Source: Parvibaculales bacterium | Lineage (GTDB): Bacteria > Pseudomonadota > Alphaproteobacteria > RS24 | Assembly (NCBI GenBank): GCA_049597955.1 | Contig: JBMYND010000006.1 | Coordinates: forward strand, 19,928 to 83,927 | Length of the DNA stretch: 64,000 bases | Direction of reading: 5' to 3' | Shown: piece by piece, positions 17,179 to 26,220 of the stretch | Position numbering within the stretch: the stretch's first letter is position 1 | Layout of the letters: each line of letters opens with the position of its first letter | Notes under the pieces: generated by a model | Told to the model about the DNA's origin: nothing | What the model saw: only the letters and a program-made list of their open reading frames with translations | The model's database searches: none | Translations under genes and position numbers: made by a program

Positions 17179-18729
17179 CTAATTGCCGCGACAGGCAATC
17201 GCCGTATCCGTATCGCCCTCACATTCATAGACGCGCACATAATCAACCAGCATTTGTTTGGGGAAGCCGGTCGAATCAATGCCGCGCTGATTGGCACCGG
17301 TTGGCCAGTCGCCGCCTATCGCCAGATTCAAAATCAGGTGAAACCGCTCATCAAATGGCGCATAGGCATTGCCCGATGCCGCATCAGAGCGCCATTGTGT
17401 GTTTGAACGGCGCACATATTCCTCACCGTCAACCAGCCAACGCATTTCGTCGCGATACCATTCCAGCGTGTAAGTATGGAAGGCATTAATATCATCCAAA
17501 TGGGTTGAGCCGCCCGTGCGTGCCTGACGCGGCCATTCACCGCCAAAATGAATCGTGCCATGCGCGCGGTCTTCAATGCCATTGTCACAGCTGCTGCAAC
17601 CGCCAGCGCCGAGATTGACCGTTTCCACAATGTCAATCTCGCCGGATGCAGCCCAGCCGCCATAGGCTTGCGCGGTCGGCAACATCCAAATAGCAGGCCA
17701 TGTGCCTTGCCCGGTCGGCATTTTGGCGCGAATTTCAAACTTGCCATAAGTCCAGTCACCCTTGCCGGATGATTGCACGCGACCCGATGTGTAGGTTCGC
17801 CCCTGCGCCAGACCGGTTTCCGGCCGCGCTGTCAGTACCAGATTGCCGTCAATAATAGATATATTATCAGCGCTGTCCGTATAGCATTGCGCTTCATTAT
17901 TGCCGCCGCCATAGCATTGTTCACGGCCCCAGCTGTCCGTGGTGCTCCATTTGGTCAAATCAAGGCTGTCGCCGTCAAATTCGTCAAACCACAACAGACG
18001 CCAATTGCTGGTCGGATTATCGCCACCGCCATTATTGCCGCCATTATCGCCACCGCCATTATTGCCGCCATTATCGCCACCGCCATTATTGCCGCCATTA
18101 TCACCGCCGCCATTATCGCCCGGTGCGGGTGGTTGCGGCGCGGGATTGGGGGTGCTGCCGCTGCCGCTGCCGCCACCGCCACCGCCACCGCCGCCGCCCA
18201 GAGCAAGGGCAACCAGCGCCAGCGTGCCGGCGGTTTTGACCATTGTGCCGCCAGCGGATTCGGCCACACCATAGCGGGGATAACCCGTCCAATGTCGCCA
18301 ATCGCTATAATCGCGATTTTGGCCGGCGCGCCAGCCCGACAGGGTGAATGTCAGCCCGACAAAGACATCATCGCGTCCAATATCATCATAATATGTTGTG
18401 CCAAGTTTCAGATTCAGCCCAAATGGCAAATCAGCCGACAGGCTGCGTGCATGGCCATTTTGCGCGCCGCCATGGGCAAACCGGCTGTGCCGGCTGAAGC
18501 TGCGATGGTGGTAAGTCACGCCGGGCAGCAAAGGCAGGGGCATGGCAATTTCCAGCGCCCCGCCGCGCTCATCATAATAGAGTTCTTGTAAATTGGCGGT
18601 CTGCAAAGCGGCAAAATGCGGGGCCAAGCGCCCCGCCTTTTCCGACGCCACCGAATGAGACCCGGCCAGAGCCGGGCTTGTCGCGAGGGCGGACAGTGCC
18701 GCCCCCGCCACCAAAGCGGATGTTTTCAT
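17179..18729 (-). CDS. GH16 endo-beta-1,3-glucanase with a long N-terminal extension (unknown domain + Gly/Asn-rich repeat linker)
   Basis: GEIDIVET catalytic motif, WPAIWMLP, collinear with the 4059-5021 protein from NWRLLWFDEFDGD onward. N-terminal signal peptide. Internal ATG at 18243. Confidence 0.85.
   Translation of the reverse strand: MKTSALVAGAALSALATSPALAGSHSVASEKAGRLAPHFAALQTANLQELYYDERGGALEIAMPLPLLPGVTYHHRSFSRHSRFAHGGAQNGHARSLSADLPFGLNLKLGTTYYDDIGRDDVFVGLTFTLSGWRAGQNRDYSDWRHWTGYPRYGVAESAGGTMVKTAGTLALVALALGGGGGGGGGGSGSGSTPNPAPQPPAPGDNGGGDNGGNNGGGDNGGNNGGGDNGGNNGGGDNPTSNWRLLWFDEFDGDSLDLTKWSTTDSWGREQCYGGGNNEAQCYTDSADNISIIDGNLVLTARPETGLAQGRTYTSGRVQSSGKGDWTYGKFEIRAKMPTGQGTWPAIWMLPTAQAYGGWAASGEIDIVETVNLGAGGCSSCDNGIEDRAHGTIHFGGEWPRQARTGGSTHLDDINAFHTYTLEWYRDEMRWLVDGEEYVRRSNTQWRSDAASGNAYAPFDERFHLILNLAIGGDWPTGANQRGIDSTGFPKQMLVDYVRVYECEGDTDTAIACRGN
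18016..18120. repeat. 27-bp tandem repeat (about 3.9 copies) inside the GH16 coding region
   Basis: ATTATCGCCACCGCCATTATTGCCGCC at 18016, 18043 and 18070, plus a diverged partial copy. Encodes the GGNNGGGDN repeats. Followed by a GCC/ACC-rich Gly tract at about 18155-18200. Confidence 0.9.
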
Positions 18730-18741
18730 CCGTATCGTCCT

Positions 18742-20355
18742 TTACCAGAACACCACATAAATCAGCGTCAGCAGGACAGCCACAGTAATCGCCAGCCGGT
18801 TGAATACAGGCGCGCTGTCAAAGCTGATGCCTTGCGTATCGACCACTTGCGACGCGGCCGACGGTGCGGTGCGGGTTGAAACCACAAAACCCACCACCAG
18901 ACAGGCGAGGAAAACAATCCAAATCCGGATGACAAAAGCCATATCCGGCGCGCCGATTTTCATGGCGATATTGGCCAGCACGGAGACAATCAGCATGGCA
19001 AAAGCGCCTGCCGCATTGCAACGCTGCCAGAACATGCCCAGCAAAAACACCGATACAATGCCCGGCGCGATAAAGCCGGTATATTCTTGAATGGTCTGAA
19101 ACGCGCTTTCCATGCCGCCGAGAAACGGGCGCGCCAGAATAACCGCAATGACAATAGCGGCGACAGCAGTTGCCCGCCCGACCATCACATAATGGCTCTC
19201 TGTGCGGTCTTTCGCCAGATAGTCACGATAAATATCCATGGTGAAAATGGTTGAAATGGAATTCATCATGGAAGCCAAAGATGACACAATAGCGGCAATC
19301 AAAGCGGCAAAAACCAGCCCGCGCAAACCTTCCGGCACCAGCGTCATCAGCACGCCATAAGTGGTGTCCGGGCTGGCCTGCAAGGCTGCCATATCCAGCT
19401 TGCCATTTTGCGCCAGCCACAAAGCGGCAATGCCCGGCAGCACCACAATCACCGGTATCAGCAATTTCAAAAACGCGGCAAAAGCCAGACCTTTTTGTGC
19501 CTCGGCCAGACTTTCCGCGCCCAAGGCACGCTGGATGATATATTGATTGAAACCCCAATAGGAGAAATGCAGCACCCAAAGACCGCCAAGCAATGTCCAA
19601 ATGCCGGGCAGATTATTATAGCTGGGATGGTCATCGGCCAGAATCATTTTGAAATGGCCGGGTATCTCGCTCATCAGCACACCAAGGCCGCCAAACATCC
19701 CGCTGCCCTGACCGACCAGCGCCAGCACAATGCCGGTAATGGCAAAACCACCGGCGACCAGCACCACGACTTGTATAATATCGGTCAGCGCAACCGCTTT
19801 CAGCCCGCCATAAAAGGAATAAAGAACGGCAAATAAAGCCAGCCCCATCATGGCATACATAACACTCCAGCCGGTCAGCGCATTAAGCGCCAGACCGCCC
19901 AGCCACAAAACAGCCGTCAGATTGACAGCAGTGTAAAGCACCACCCAGAAAACTGCCAAAATCGATTTGATTTGCGGGCCAAAGCGCAATTCGAGAAATT
20001 GCGGCATGGTGTAAATTTTCTTTTCCAGAAAAATCGGCAGGAAATATTTGGCGACAATAATCAGCACAATCGCGGCCTGCCATTCATAGGCGGCGATTGC
20101 CAGACCTACCACAAAACCCTGTCCCGATTGGCCGATAATCTGCTCGGCGGAAATATTGGCGGCAATCAGCGACGCGCCAATCGCCCACCAGGGCAGGCTT
20201 TTGCCGGCCAGAAAATAATCCTCACTGTTGATTTCATGGCCCGGCGTGGCGCGCGATACATAAAGCGCAACCGCCAGCAAAGTCAGCGCATAAAGCGCGA
20301 TAATGGTTAAATCAATTGATGTCAGCATTTTGCTGCCCCCTCCTGTTTGCCCCAA
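18742..20355 (-). CDS. Sodium/glucose cotransporter-like SSF transporter
   Basis: 537 aa with multiple hydrophobic helices. EDYFLAGKSLPWWAIGASLIAANISAEQ. 12-nt gap to the downstream GH16 gene. Confidence 0.85.
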   Translation of the reverse strand: MGQTGGGSKMLTSIDLTIIALYALTLLAVALYVSRATPGHEINSEDYFLAGKSLPWWAIGASLIAANISAEQIIGQSGQGFVVGLAIAAYEWQAAIVLIIVAKYFLPIFLEKKIYTMPQFLELRFGPQIKSILAVFWVVLYTAVNLTAVLWLGGLALNALTGWSVMYAMMGLALFAVLYSFYGGLKAVALTDIIQVVVLVAGGFAITGIVLALVGQGSGMFGGLGVLMSEIPGHFKMILADDHPSYNNLPGIWTLLGGLWVLHFSYWGFNQYIIQRALGAESLAEAQKGLAFAAFLKLLIPVIVVLPGIAALWLAQNGKLDMAALQASPDTTYGVLMTLVPEGLRGLVFAALIAAIVSSLASMMNSISTIFTMDIYRDYLAKDRTESHYVMVGRATAVAAIVIAVILARPFLGGMESAFQTIQEYTGFIAPGIVSVFLLGMFWQRCNAAGAFAMLIVSVLANIAMKIGAPDMAFVIRIWIVFLACLVVGFVVSTRTAPSAASQVVDTQGISFDSAPVFNRLAITVAVLLTLIYVVFW

Positions 20356-20429
20356 GCCTACCTTATATTTTCCGTAAACTTTAAGGTTTCCCTCACCGCA
20401 AATGCCGGATTTCCGGCAATCCGCCCTGA

Positions 20430-20458
20430 TTTTTAACCAGAGCTGACAACGATGTCAA
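20430..20458 (-). promoter_or_regulatory. Candidate promoter of the symporter-GH16 operon
   Basis: Minus strand TTGACA (20453-20458), 17-nt spacer, TAAAAA (20430-20435). Overlapped by the operator at 20444-20457. Confidence 0.35.
20444..20457. promoter_or_regulatory. LacI-type operator candidate TGACAACGATGTCA
   Basis: 14-bp near-palindrome with a central CG. 13/14 identical to 20503-20516. Confidence 0.5.
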
Positions 20459-20502
20459 TTTGTTATCACGCCATGCCCCCAGCCCGGTTAACGGTGCCGT
20501 TT

Positions 20503-20516
20503 TGACAACGGTGTCA
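20503..20516. promoter_or_regulatory. LacI-type operator candidate TGACAACGGTGTCA
   Basis: Second copy, 59 bp centre-to-centre from the first. Confidence 0.5.
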
Positions 20517-20535
20517 ACGTTTTCATGGGCTATTT

Positions 20536-21129
20536 TCAGCTTGTCCGGCGCGATTTCATGGCGGCGACCAGCGTGCCATCATCGAGATAATCCAATTCGC
20601 CACCAACCGGCACGCCATGTGCCAACCGCGAAACGGTCAAGCCGCGCCCGTCCAGCATATCGGTGATATAATGCGCCGTTGTTTGTCCCTCGACTGTCGC
20701 ATTTGTCGCCAAAATCACTTCTTGCACGCCGCCTGCCGCAACCCTTGTTTGCAAGCCTGCCATATTCAGCTCTTCGGGCCCGACACCATCCAGCGCCGAC
20801 AGCGTGCCGCCCAGCACATGATATGTCCCGCGCAAGGCTTGGGCGCGCTCCAAAGCCCATAAATCGCCAACATCTTCAACCACGCAAATTACGCTTGAAT
20901 CGCGGCGCGGGTCGGCGCAAATCGCGCAAGGGTCAATCGTGTCAATATTGCCGCAAATCTGGCAGGTTTTTATCGCCTCACGCGCCGCCAGCAGCGCATC
21001 GGTCAACGGGTTGAGCAATGTCTCGCGCCGCCGCATGAGTTGCAGCACAGCACGGCGCGCCGAGCGCGGCCCCAGCCCCGGCAGACGGGCGAGATATTTG
21101 ACCAATTCCTCAATTTCCTGCCCCGCCAT
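20536..21129 (-). CDS. recR: Recombination protein RecR
   Basis: [14 protein letters not shown] helix-hairpin-helix, C4 zinc finger [16 protein letters not shown], Toprim region VCVVEDVGD. Confidence 0.95.
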   Translation of the reverse strand: MAGQEIEELVKYLARLPGLGPRSARRAVLQLMRRRETLLNPLTDALLAAREAIKTCQICGNIDTIDPCAICADPRRDSSVICVVEDVGDLWALERAQALRGTYHVLGGTLSALDGVGPEELNMAGLQTRVAAGGVQEVILATNATVEGQTTAHYITDMLDGRGLTVSRLAHGVPVGGELDYLDDGTLVAAMKSRRTS

Positions 21130-21134
21130 GCCGC

Positions 21135-23201
21135 CTATGCGTCCATATCGGTTTCGGCATCATCGCTTTCGGCCAAATTATCGGTGCTGTCATCGCCCAT
21201 CTCGCCATTCGCATCCGCCTGCATGTCAAAATCGGTTATCGACACAATTTCGGCACCGGGAAACGCCGCCATGGCGGCTTGCACATGCGGGTCGGCCAGG
21301 GCTGATTGCTGGCGCCGGTCGGCCGCTTCCTGACGCGTGCTTTCAATGGTTTGCGCCCCGGCTGCCTGCGACAGTGACACCACCCAATGCTGCCCTGTCC
21401 AGTCGCGCAATTTGCGGGTCAGTTCTTGCGCCAACCCGTCATAAGCGCCATTCAGGCGAATTTCGAGCCGTCCCTGCCGGTCGCCGCGCGCCGCTTCAAA
21501 ATTGACCAAATGCACGCCGCTTTCCAGCGCATGTTTCAGCGAAATATCGCGCTTTTCAGCGGCCAGCGCCACAATATCGGCAAAATTGTTGAGCTGCGGC
21601 GCAATAGCGACAGGCGCTTCGGGCATGGGCGCGGCTTGGGCGACCGGCCCCGCAGTGCCGCCGGATGCGGAGGCGGGCCTTGCGGCCTGTGCGCTTACCG
21701 CTTGCGCTGTTTGACCGCTTGGCGGCGCTTCCGGCGCGGCGGTAGAAGGCACGGAAGGCGCGGCAGAGCCGCTATTTTGGGCCGCTTCCCATTGTTTCAG
21801 CAATTCTTCCGGCGTCGGCACATCGGATAAATGCGCCAGTCTTATCAGCACCATTTCAGCAGCCGCTTTCGGATTGCTCGCATTGAGTGTTTCCTGATGG
21901 CCATGCAGCAAAGCCTGCCAGACACGCGACAATATGCGGGTCGAGAGTTTTTCGGCCGCCGCCAGGCCGCGCGCGCGCATATCCGCCGAATAAGTGACAT
22001 CGGCACCGGCATCGGCGACAAATTTCAGCCGCGTCAGCCAATGGGTCAATTCAGCCAGCGAGGCAATAATCATGGACGGGTCGGCACCAAGCGCATATTG
22101 CGCGTCAAACTCGGCCAGCGCACCGGCCACATCGCCGGACAGGGTGAGGTCGAATAAATCAAAGCCGCGCCCGCGATCGGCCAGCCCCAGCAAGGCGCGC
22201 ATGGTTTCCCCGTCAATCGCCGCATCTGCCGCGCCTGCACCGGAAGCACCTGCGCCATGCGCCAGCGCCCGGTCAAGAAGCGACAGCGCATCGCGGGCCG
22301 AGCCATCGGCGGCGCGCGCAATCAGCGTCAAAGCTTCTTCCGGCAAGGAAACCTGCTCGGCGGCGCAGACTTTCTGCAACAGGCTTATCGCTTCGCTCTG
22401 GTCGAGCCGTTTCAGGTCAAAACGCTGGCAGCGCGACAAAACGGTTACCGGCACTTGCCGGATTTCCGTGGTTGCAAAAATAAATTTCACATGTTCGGGC
22501 GGCTCTTCCAGCGTCTTCAGCAGGCCGTTAAAGGCCGCTTTGGAGAGCATGTGAACCTCGTCAATAATATAGACTTTATAGCGCGCCGAAGACGGCATAT
22601 AGCGCACATTTTCGATAATCTCACGAATATCGCCAATGCCAGTGCGCGAGGCCGCATCCATCTCAATCACATCGACATGTGTGCCTTCCATAATCGCCTG
22701 ACAATGCACACCAAGCGCATCAAGCGCGACCGAAGGGGCGCTGACCGTTTCGGTTTGGTAATTCAGCGCGCGCGCCAATATGCGCGCCGTGGTGGTTTTG
22801 CCGACACCGCGCACACCGGTCAGCATAAAGGCATGGGCAATGCGCGCCGTTTCAAACGCATTGGTCAATGTGCGCACCATTGCATCTTGGCCGATAAGGT
22901 CATTGAAATTGGTCGGACGATATTTACGCGCCAGCACTTTATAGCTGCCGCCATTATCATCGCTGTCGCCAATGCCGGTTTCAGCCTTTGGTGCTGCAAC
23001 AGGCGCATCAACAGCTTCACTGGCGGCTTCATTGGCCGCATCAGCCTCACCCAGCATATCAAAACCGGGCGCGTCATCGGAGAAAACCGGCGGCTCCGGC
23101 TCGGCCATATCCGTGCCATGCGATTGATTATCTGTTTGCGACAGCGTGTCTTCGGGTCGGGCGGCGGGGTCGTTCGGGTCTGCCATATTGTTACCGGTCA
23201 T
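21135..23201 (-). CDS. dnaX: DNA polymerase III subunit gamma/tau
   Basis: [20 protein letters not shown], Walker [24 protein letters not shown]. Start trimmed to M25 (or M30 at 23186) because the longer ORF overlaps the SRP RNA. Confidence 0.9.
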   Translation of the reverse strand: MTGNNMADPNDPAARPEDTLSQTDNQSHGTDMAEPEPPVFSDDAPGFDMLGEADAANEAASEAVDAPVAAPKAETGIGDSDDNGGSYKVLARKYRPTNFNDLIGQDAMVRTLTNAFETARIAHAFMLTGVRGVGKTTTARILARALNYQTETVSAPSVALDALGVHCQAIMEGTHVDVIEMDAASRTGIGDIREIIENVRYMPSSARYKVYIIDEVHMLSKAAFNGLLKTLEEPPEHVKFIFATTEIRQVPVTVLSRCQRFDLKRLDQSEAISLLQKVCAAEQVSLPEEALTLIARAADGSARDALSLLDRALAHGAGASGAGAADAAIDGETMRALLGLADRGRGFDLFDLTLSGDVAGALAEFDAQYALGADPSMIIASLAELTHWLTRLKFVADAGADVTYSADMRARGLAAAEKLSTRILSRVWQALLHGHQETLNASNPKAAAEMVLIRLAHLSDVPTPEELLKQWEAAQNSGSAAPSVPSTAAPEAPPSGQTAQAVSAQAARPASASGGTAGPVAQAAPMPEAPVAIAPQLNNFADIVALAAEKRDISLKHALESGVHLVNFEAARGDRQGRLEIRLNGAYDGLAQELTRKLRDWTGQHWVVSLSQAAGAQTIESTRQEAADRRQQSALADPHVQAAMAAFPGAEIVSITDFDMQADANGEMGDDSTDNLAESDDAETDMDA

Positions 23202-23244
23202 ATTCCTGATTTGCTTGCCTGTCGCGCCGATTCCGACGGGAATC

Positions 23245-23346
23245 GGGTGGGAAACTGGACAGGCAACCCGCACCGAACTCGTTAGGGCTGCTTCCTTCCG
23301 GACCTGACCCGGTTGGCGAGGGATGCGTCTGCCGCCAGTTTCCCAA
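23245..23346 (-). ncRNA. ffs: Signal recognition particle RNA (small/4.5S type)
   Basis: Minus strand contains the conserved domain IV core GGUCAGGUCCGGAAGGAAGCAGCC. Terminal helix GGGAAACUGG / CCAGUUUCCC. TATATT -10 at 23351-23356. Lies directly upstream of dnaX, an arrangement I recall as common in alphaproteobacteria. Confidence 0.9.
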
Positions 23347-23469
23347 TCGCAATATAGCAGGCCAAGCCCGTCCGCACACCCCCGCCATGCAGATTATTTC
23401 GGGGACGAAATTTCCGCCGCCAAAATTCATTTCTGGTATAGTCGGCCATTCATTTCAACGAGGTTCACC

Positions 23470-24411
23470 ATGCCCCTGCCCGAAAGCCCTATCATGTTCG
23501 CCAATAATCCGCTCGACCGCGCCGGTCATTTGCGCGGTAATCCGGACTGGCTGGCGGCGCAATTTGCCGATGACAGCGCCCTGTTTGTGCCGCTTTGGCA
23601 TTTGCAGCCCTTGATTTTGCCGGAGCTGAACCGCGGCGACGGGCGTGATGTTGGCTGGCTGCCGCGCGCCGCGCTGGGCGCGGCCCTGCACCCGGACAGC
23701 CTGTCGGTTTTTCTTGGCATGAACCGGCGCAATAAGCCGCTTTTTGCGGTCGATGTCAGCCGATTATCCAGCCCCGAAGATATTGGCCCGTTTAAGGGCA
23801 TGGGGCATTTTGAGGATTTGCGGTCACTGGCCGCCGCCGGCGATATGGCGCGCACCGAGCTGGCCATTCTGGCGCAAGCCAAGGCCATGCTGGACTGGCA
23901 TTTGCGGCATGGCTTTTGCGCCGTATGCGGTGCGCCTTCGCAAATGGGCGAAGGTGGTTACAAGCGGGTTTGCCCGTCTTGCGGGGCGGAGCATTTTCCG
24001 CGCACCGACCCGGTGGTTATCATGCTGGCCACGCATGGCGATAAATGCCTGCTCGGTCGGCAAAAGGGTTGGCCGGAGGGCATGTATTCGGCGCTGGCCG
24101 GATTTATGGAGCCGGGCGAGACGATTGAGGAGGCGGTTGCGCGCGAATTGCACGAGGAAGCCGGTATTCACGTTTCCGCCGTGCGCTATTATGGCGGCCA
24201 GCCCTGGCCTTTCCCTGCTTCTTTGATGATTGGCTGTCTGGCCGATGCTGACAGCACGGAAATCATTCTTGACGATGTTGAGCTGGAAGACGCCAAATGG
24301 GTGGCGCGCGGTGATGTGCAGGCCGCGTTTAATGGCGCGGGCGGGGTTGCCATACCGCCGGAAATGGCGATAGCGCATCAGCTTATGCGGGCTTTTGCGG
24401 ACGGCAATTAG
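23470..24411 (+). CDS. nudC: NAD+ diphosphatase (NADH pyrophosphatase), Nudix family
   Basis: Zinc ribbon CAVCG...CPSCG. Nudix box GFMEPGETIEEAVARELHEEAGI. Start moved to M50 to clear the SRP RNA. Confidence 0.85.
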   Translation: MPLPESPIMFANNPLDRAGHLRGNPDWLAAQFADDSALFVPLWHLQPLILPELNRGDGRDVGWLPRAALGAALHPDSLSVFLGMNRRNKPLFAVDVSRLSSPEDIGPFKGMGHFEDLRSLAAAGDMARTELAILAQAKAMLDWHLRHGFCAVCGAPSQMGEGGYKRVCPSCGAEHFPRTDPVVIMLATHGDKCLLGRQKGWPEGMYSALAGFMEPGETIEEAVARELHEEAGIHVSAVRYYGGQPWPFPASLMIGCLADADSTEIILDDVELEDAKWVARGDVQAAFNGAGGVAIPPEMAIAHQLMRAFADGN

Positions 24412-24422
24412 GCCAAACCGGC

Positions 24423-25265
24423 TCAATCGCTTTTCAGGGTTTTGCGCTCCGGTGCCGCTTTGTAAACGCCCAAAACATCCATCTCCGAGCAATAGAAATT
24501 CAGCTCTTCCAGCGCCAGTCGCACCGGGCGGCTGTCGGGATGGCCTTCAATATCAGCATAGAATTGCGTCGCCATAAATCCGTCCGGCTGATAGCTTTCC
24601 AGCTTGGTCATATTCACCCCATTAGTGGCAAAGCCGCCCAAAGCCTTGTAAAGCGCCGCCGGCACATTGCGCACCCGAAAGATGAAGCTGGTTATCACAT
24701 CACCGGCATCCGGCTCGGCATCGTCCGGCTTGGCCGACATGATAAGAAAGCGCGTTGTGTTGCGCTGGCTGTCCTCGATATTCTCGCGCACCACATCCAA
24801 CCCGTAAATCTCTGCCGCCAGCTGGCTGGCAATGGCCGCATGTCCGGCTTCGGCGCGGTCGGCCAATTCGCGCGCCGCACCGGCCGTATCAGCCGCCACA
24901 ATAGGCTGCAAGCCCATTTCATCAATCAGCTTGCGGCATTGTCCAAGCGCCATTTCATGGCTGTGAACATGGGTTAACGCACTGGCATCCGCGCCTTTCA
25001 GCGCCAGCAGGCAATGGTTTACCCGCATGAAATGTTCGCCAATAATGTAAAGACCGGAGCCGGGCAGCAGCCGGTGAATATCAGCCACGCGACCGGCCAC
25101 CGTATTTTCCACCGGTATCATCGCCAAAGCAGCCGCGCCGGAAGCCAAAGCCTCAAACGCATCGTCAAACCGTGTGCAGGGCAGTATTTCCATATCCGGA
25201 TACAGCGTGTTGCAGGCAATATGCGAATTGGCCCCCGGCTCACCCTGAAATGCTATTTTGACCAT
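24423..25265 (-). CDS. pheA: Prephenate dehydratase
   Basis: KIAFQGEPGANSH, IPVENTVAGRV, C-terminal ACT region TSFIFRVRNVPAALYKALGGFA. Confidence 0.9.
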   Translation of the reverse strand: MVKIAFQGEPGANSHIACNTLYPDMEILPCTRFDDAFEALASGAAALAMIPVENTVAGRVADIHRLLPGSGLYIIGEHFMRVNHCLLALKGADASALTHVHSHEMALGQCRKLIDEMGLQPIVAADTAGAARELADRAEAGHAAIASQLAAEIYGLDVVRENIEDSQRNTTRFLIMSAKPDDAEPDAGDVITSFIFRVRNVPAALYKALGGFATNGVNMTKLESYQPDGFMATQFYADIEGHPDSRPVRLALEELNFYCSEMDVLGVYKAAPERKTLKSD

Positions 25266-25281
25266 TGCTCCCTCTCTTGCT

Positions 25282-26037
25282 TCAAGCCGGATTATCCTGC
25301 CCGCTCAGCATGGCATCCGCAAGTGCCAGATCATCGGGCGTATCAACGCCGACCGGCACAGTATCGACACAGGCCACTGCCATTTCCATACCGGCCTCAA
25401 GCGCGCGCAATTGCTCCAGCTTTTCGCGGGCTTCCAAGGGCGAAGGCGGCAGAGCAACAAACCGCGCCAAGGCTTCGCGCCAATAGGCATACAGCCCGAT
25501 ATGATGATACAGCGCGCCGTCGCCATAAGGGGCGGTCGCACGGGTGAAATACAGCGCGCGCGCCGGTTCGGGCGGTGTCCGCATGGATAAAACCGCTTTC
25601 ACGACATTCGGATTGTCGCGCTCTTCGGCTTGGCTAATTTCCGCCGCCAGCGTGGCAATATCGCCATAGGGCAGGCAAGCCAGCGCCGCGCCAATCAGCG
25701 ATGGGTCAAGCGTCGGTAAATCGCCTTGCAAATTGACAATCGCATCATGGCTGCCGGACGGGTCAATTTGCTGCAAAGCGGCGAAAATACGGTCGGAGCC
25801 GGAGGGTAAATCAGCATCGGTCAGCACCGCTTCACCGCCTTCGGCGCGCACCGCTTCCGCGATTTCCGGCTCTGCGGCGGCGACCACCACACGGGCGCAA
25901 TCGGCCTCGCATGCACGCCGCCAGACCTGCACAATCATCGGCGCGCCACCGCACAAAGCCAAGGGCTTATTGGGCAGGCGCGTTGAAGCCATGCGGGCGG
26001 GAATCAATATCACCGGATTGTCAATTTTGCGCGCCAT
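25282..26037 (-). CDS. kdsB: 3-deoxy-manno-octulosonate cytidylyltransferase
   Basis: [18 protein letters not shown], 251 aa, typical KdsB length and motifs. Confidence 0.9.
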   Translation of the reverse strand: MARKIDNPVILIPARMASTRLPNKPLALCGGAPMIVQVWRRACEADCARVVVAAAEPEIAEAVRAEGGEAVLTDADLPSGSDRIFAALQQIDPSGSHDAIVNLQGDLPTLDPSLIGAALACLPYGDIATLAAEISQAEERDNPNVVKAVLSMRTPPEPARALYFTRATAPYGDGALYHHIGLYAYWREALARFVALPPSPLEAREKLEQLRALEAGMEMAVACVDTVPVGVDTPDDLALADAMLSGQDNPA

Positions 26038-26220
26038 GGCGGCACCCTCAATGCTTGCGACTCAACTGTTCATTTCCTAGTCTGTGCGACGCTACGCCGC
26101 AAGTCTTAATCGCCGATAAGATTGTAGGTTGCACTCGCTAAGCAGGGCATTGACCCGCCCGCAATTTATGGCCATAAGCGAGCTGGCAGGCGCATATGCC
26201 GGCAGGTTAAAGAGGGTGAC

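Noticed and set aside
18016-18200. CRISPR-like or minisatellite array
   Set aside because: The repeats are contiguous with no spacers and in frame within a GH16 coding sequence, where they encode a Gly/Asn-rich linker.
21135-23201. Programmed -1 frameshift site (A AAA AAG type) in dnaX producing gamma
   Set aside because: I found no A AAA AAG heptamer in the coding strand on visual scan. As I recall, some alphaproteobacteria such as Caulobacter produce the short DnaX form by proteolysis rather than frameshifting.
21135-23273. 712-aa dnaX ORF and 362-aa nudC ORF (23323-24411) both covering 23245-23346
   Set aside because: Both extensions overlap the SRP RNA gene. Internal starts restore normal protein N-termini.
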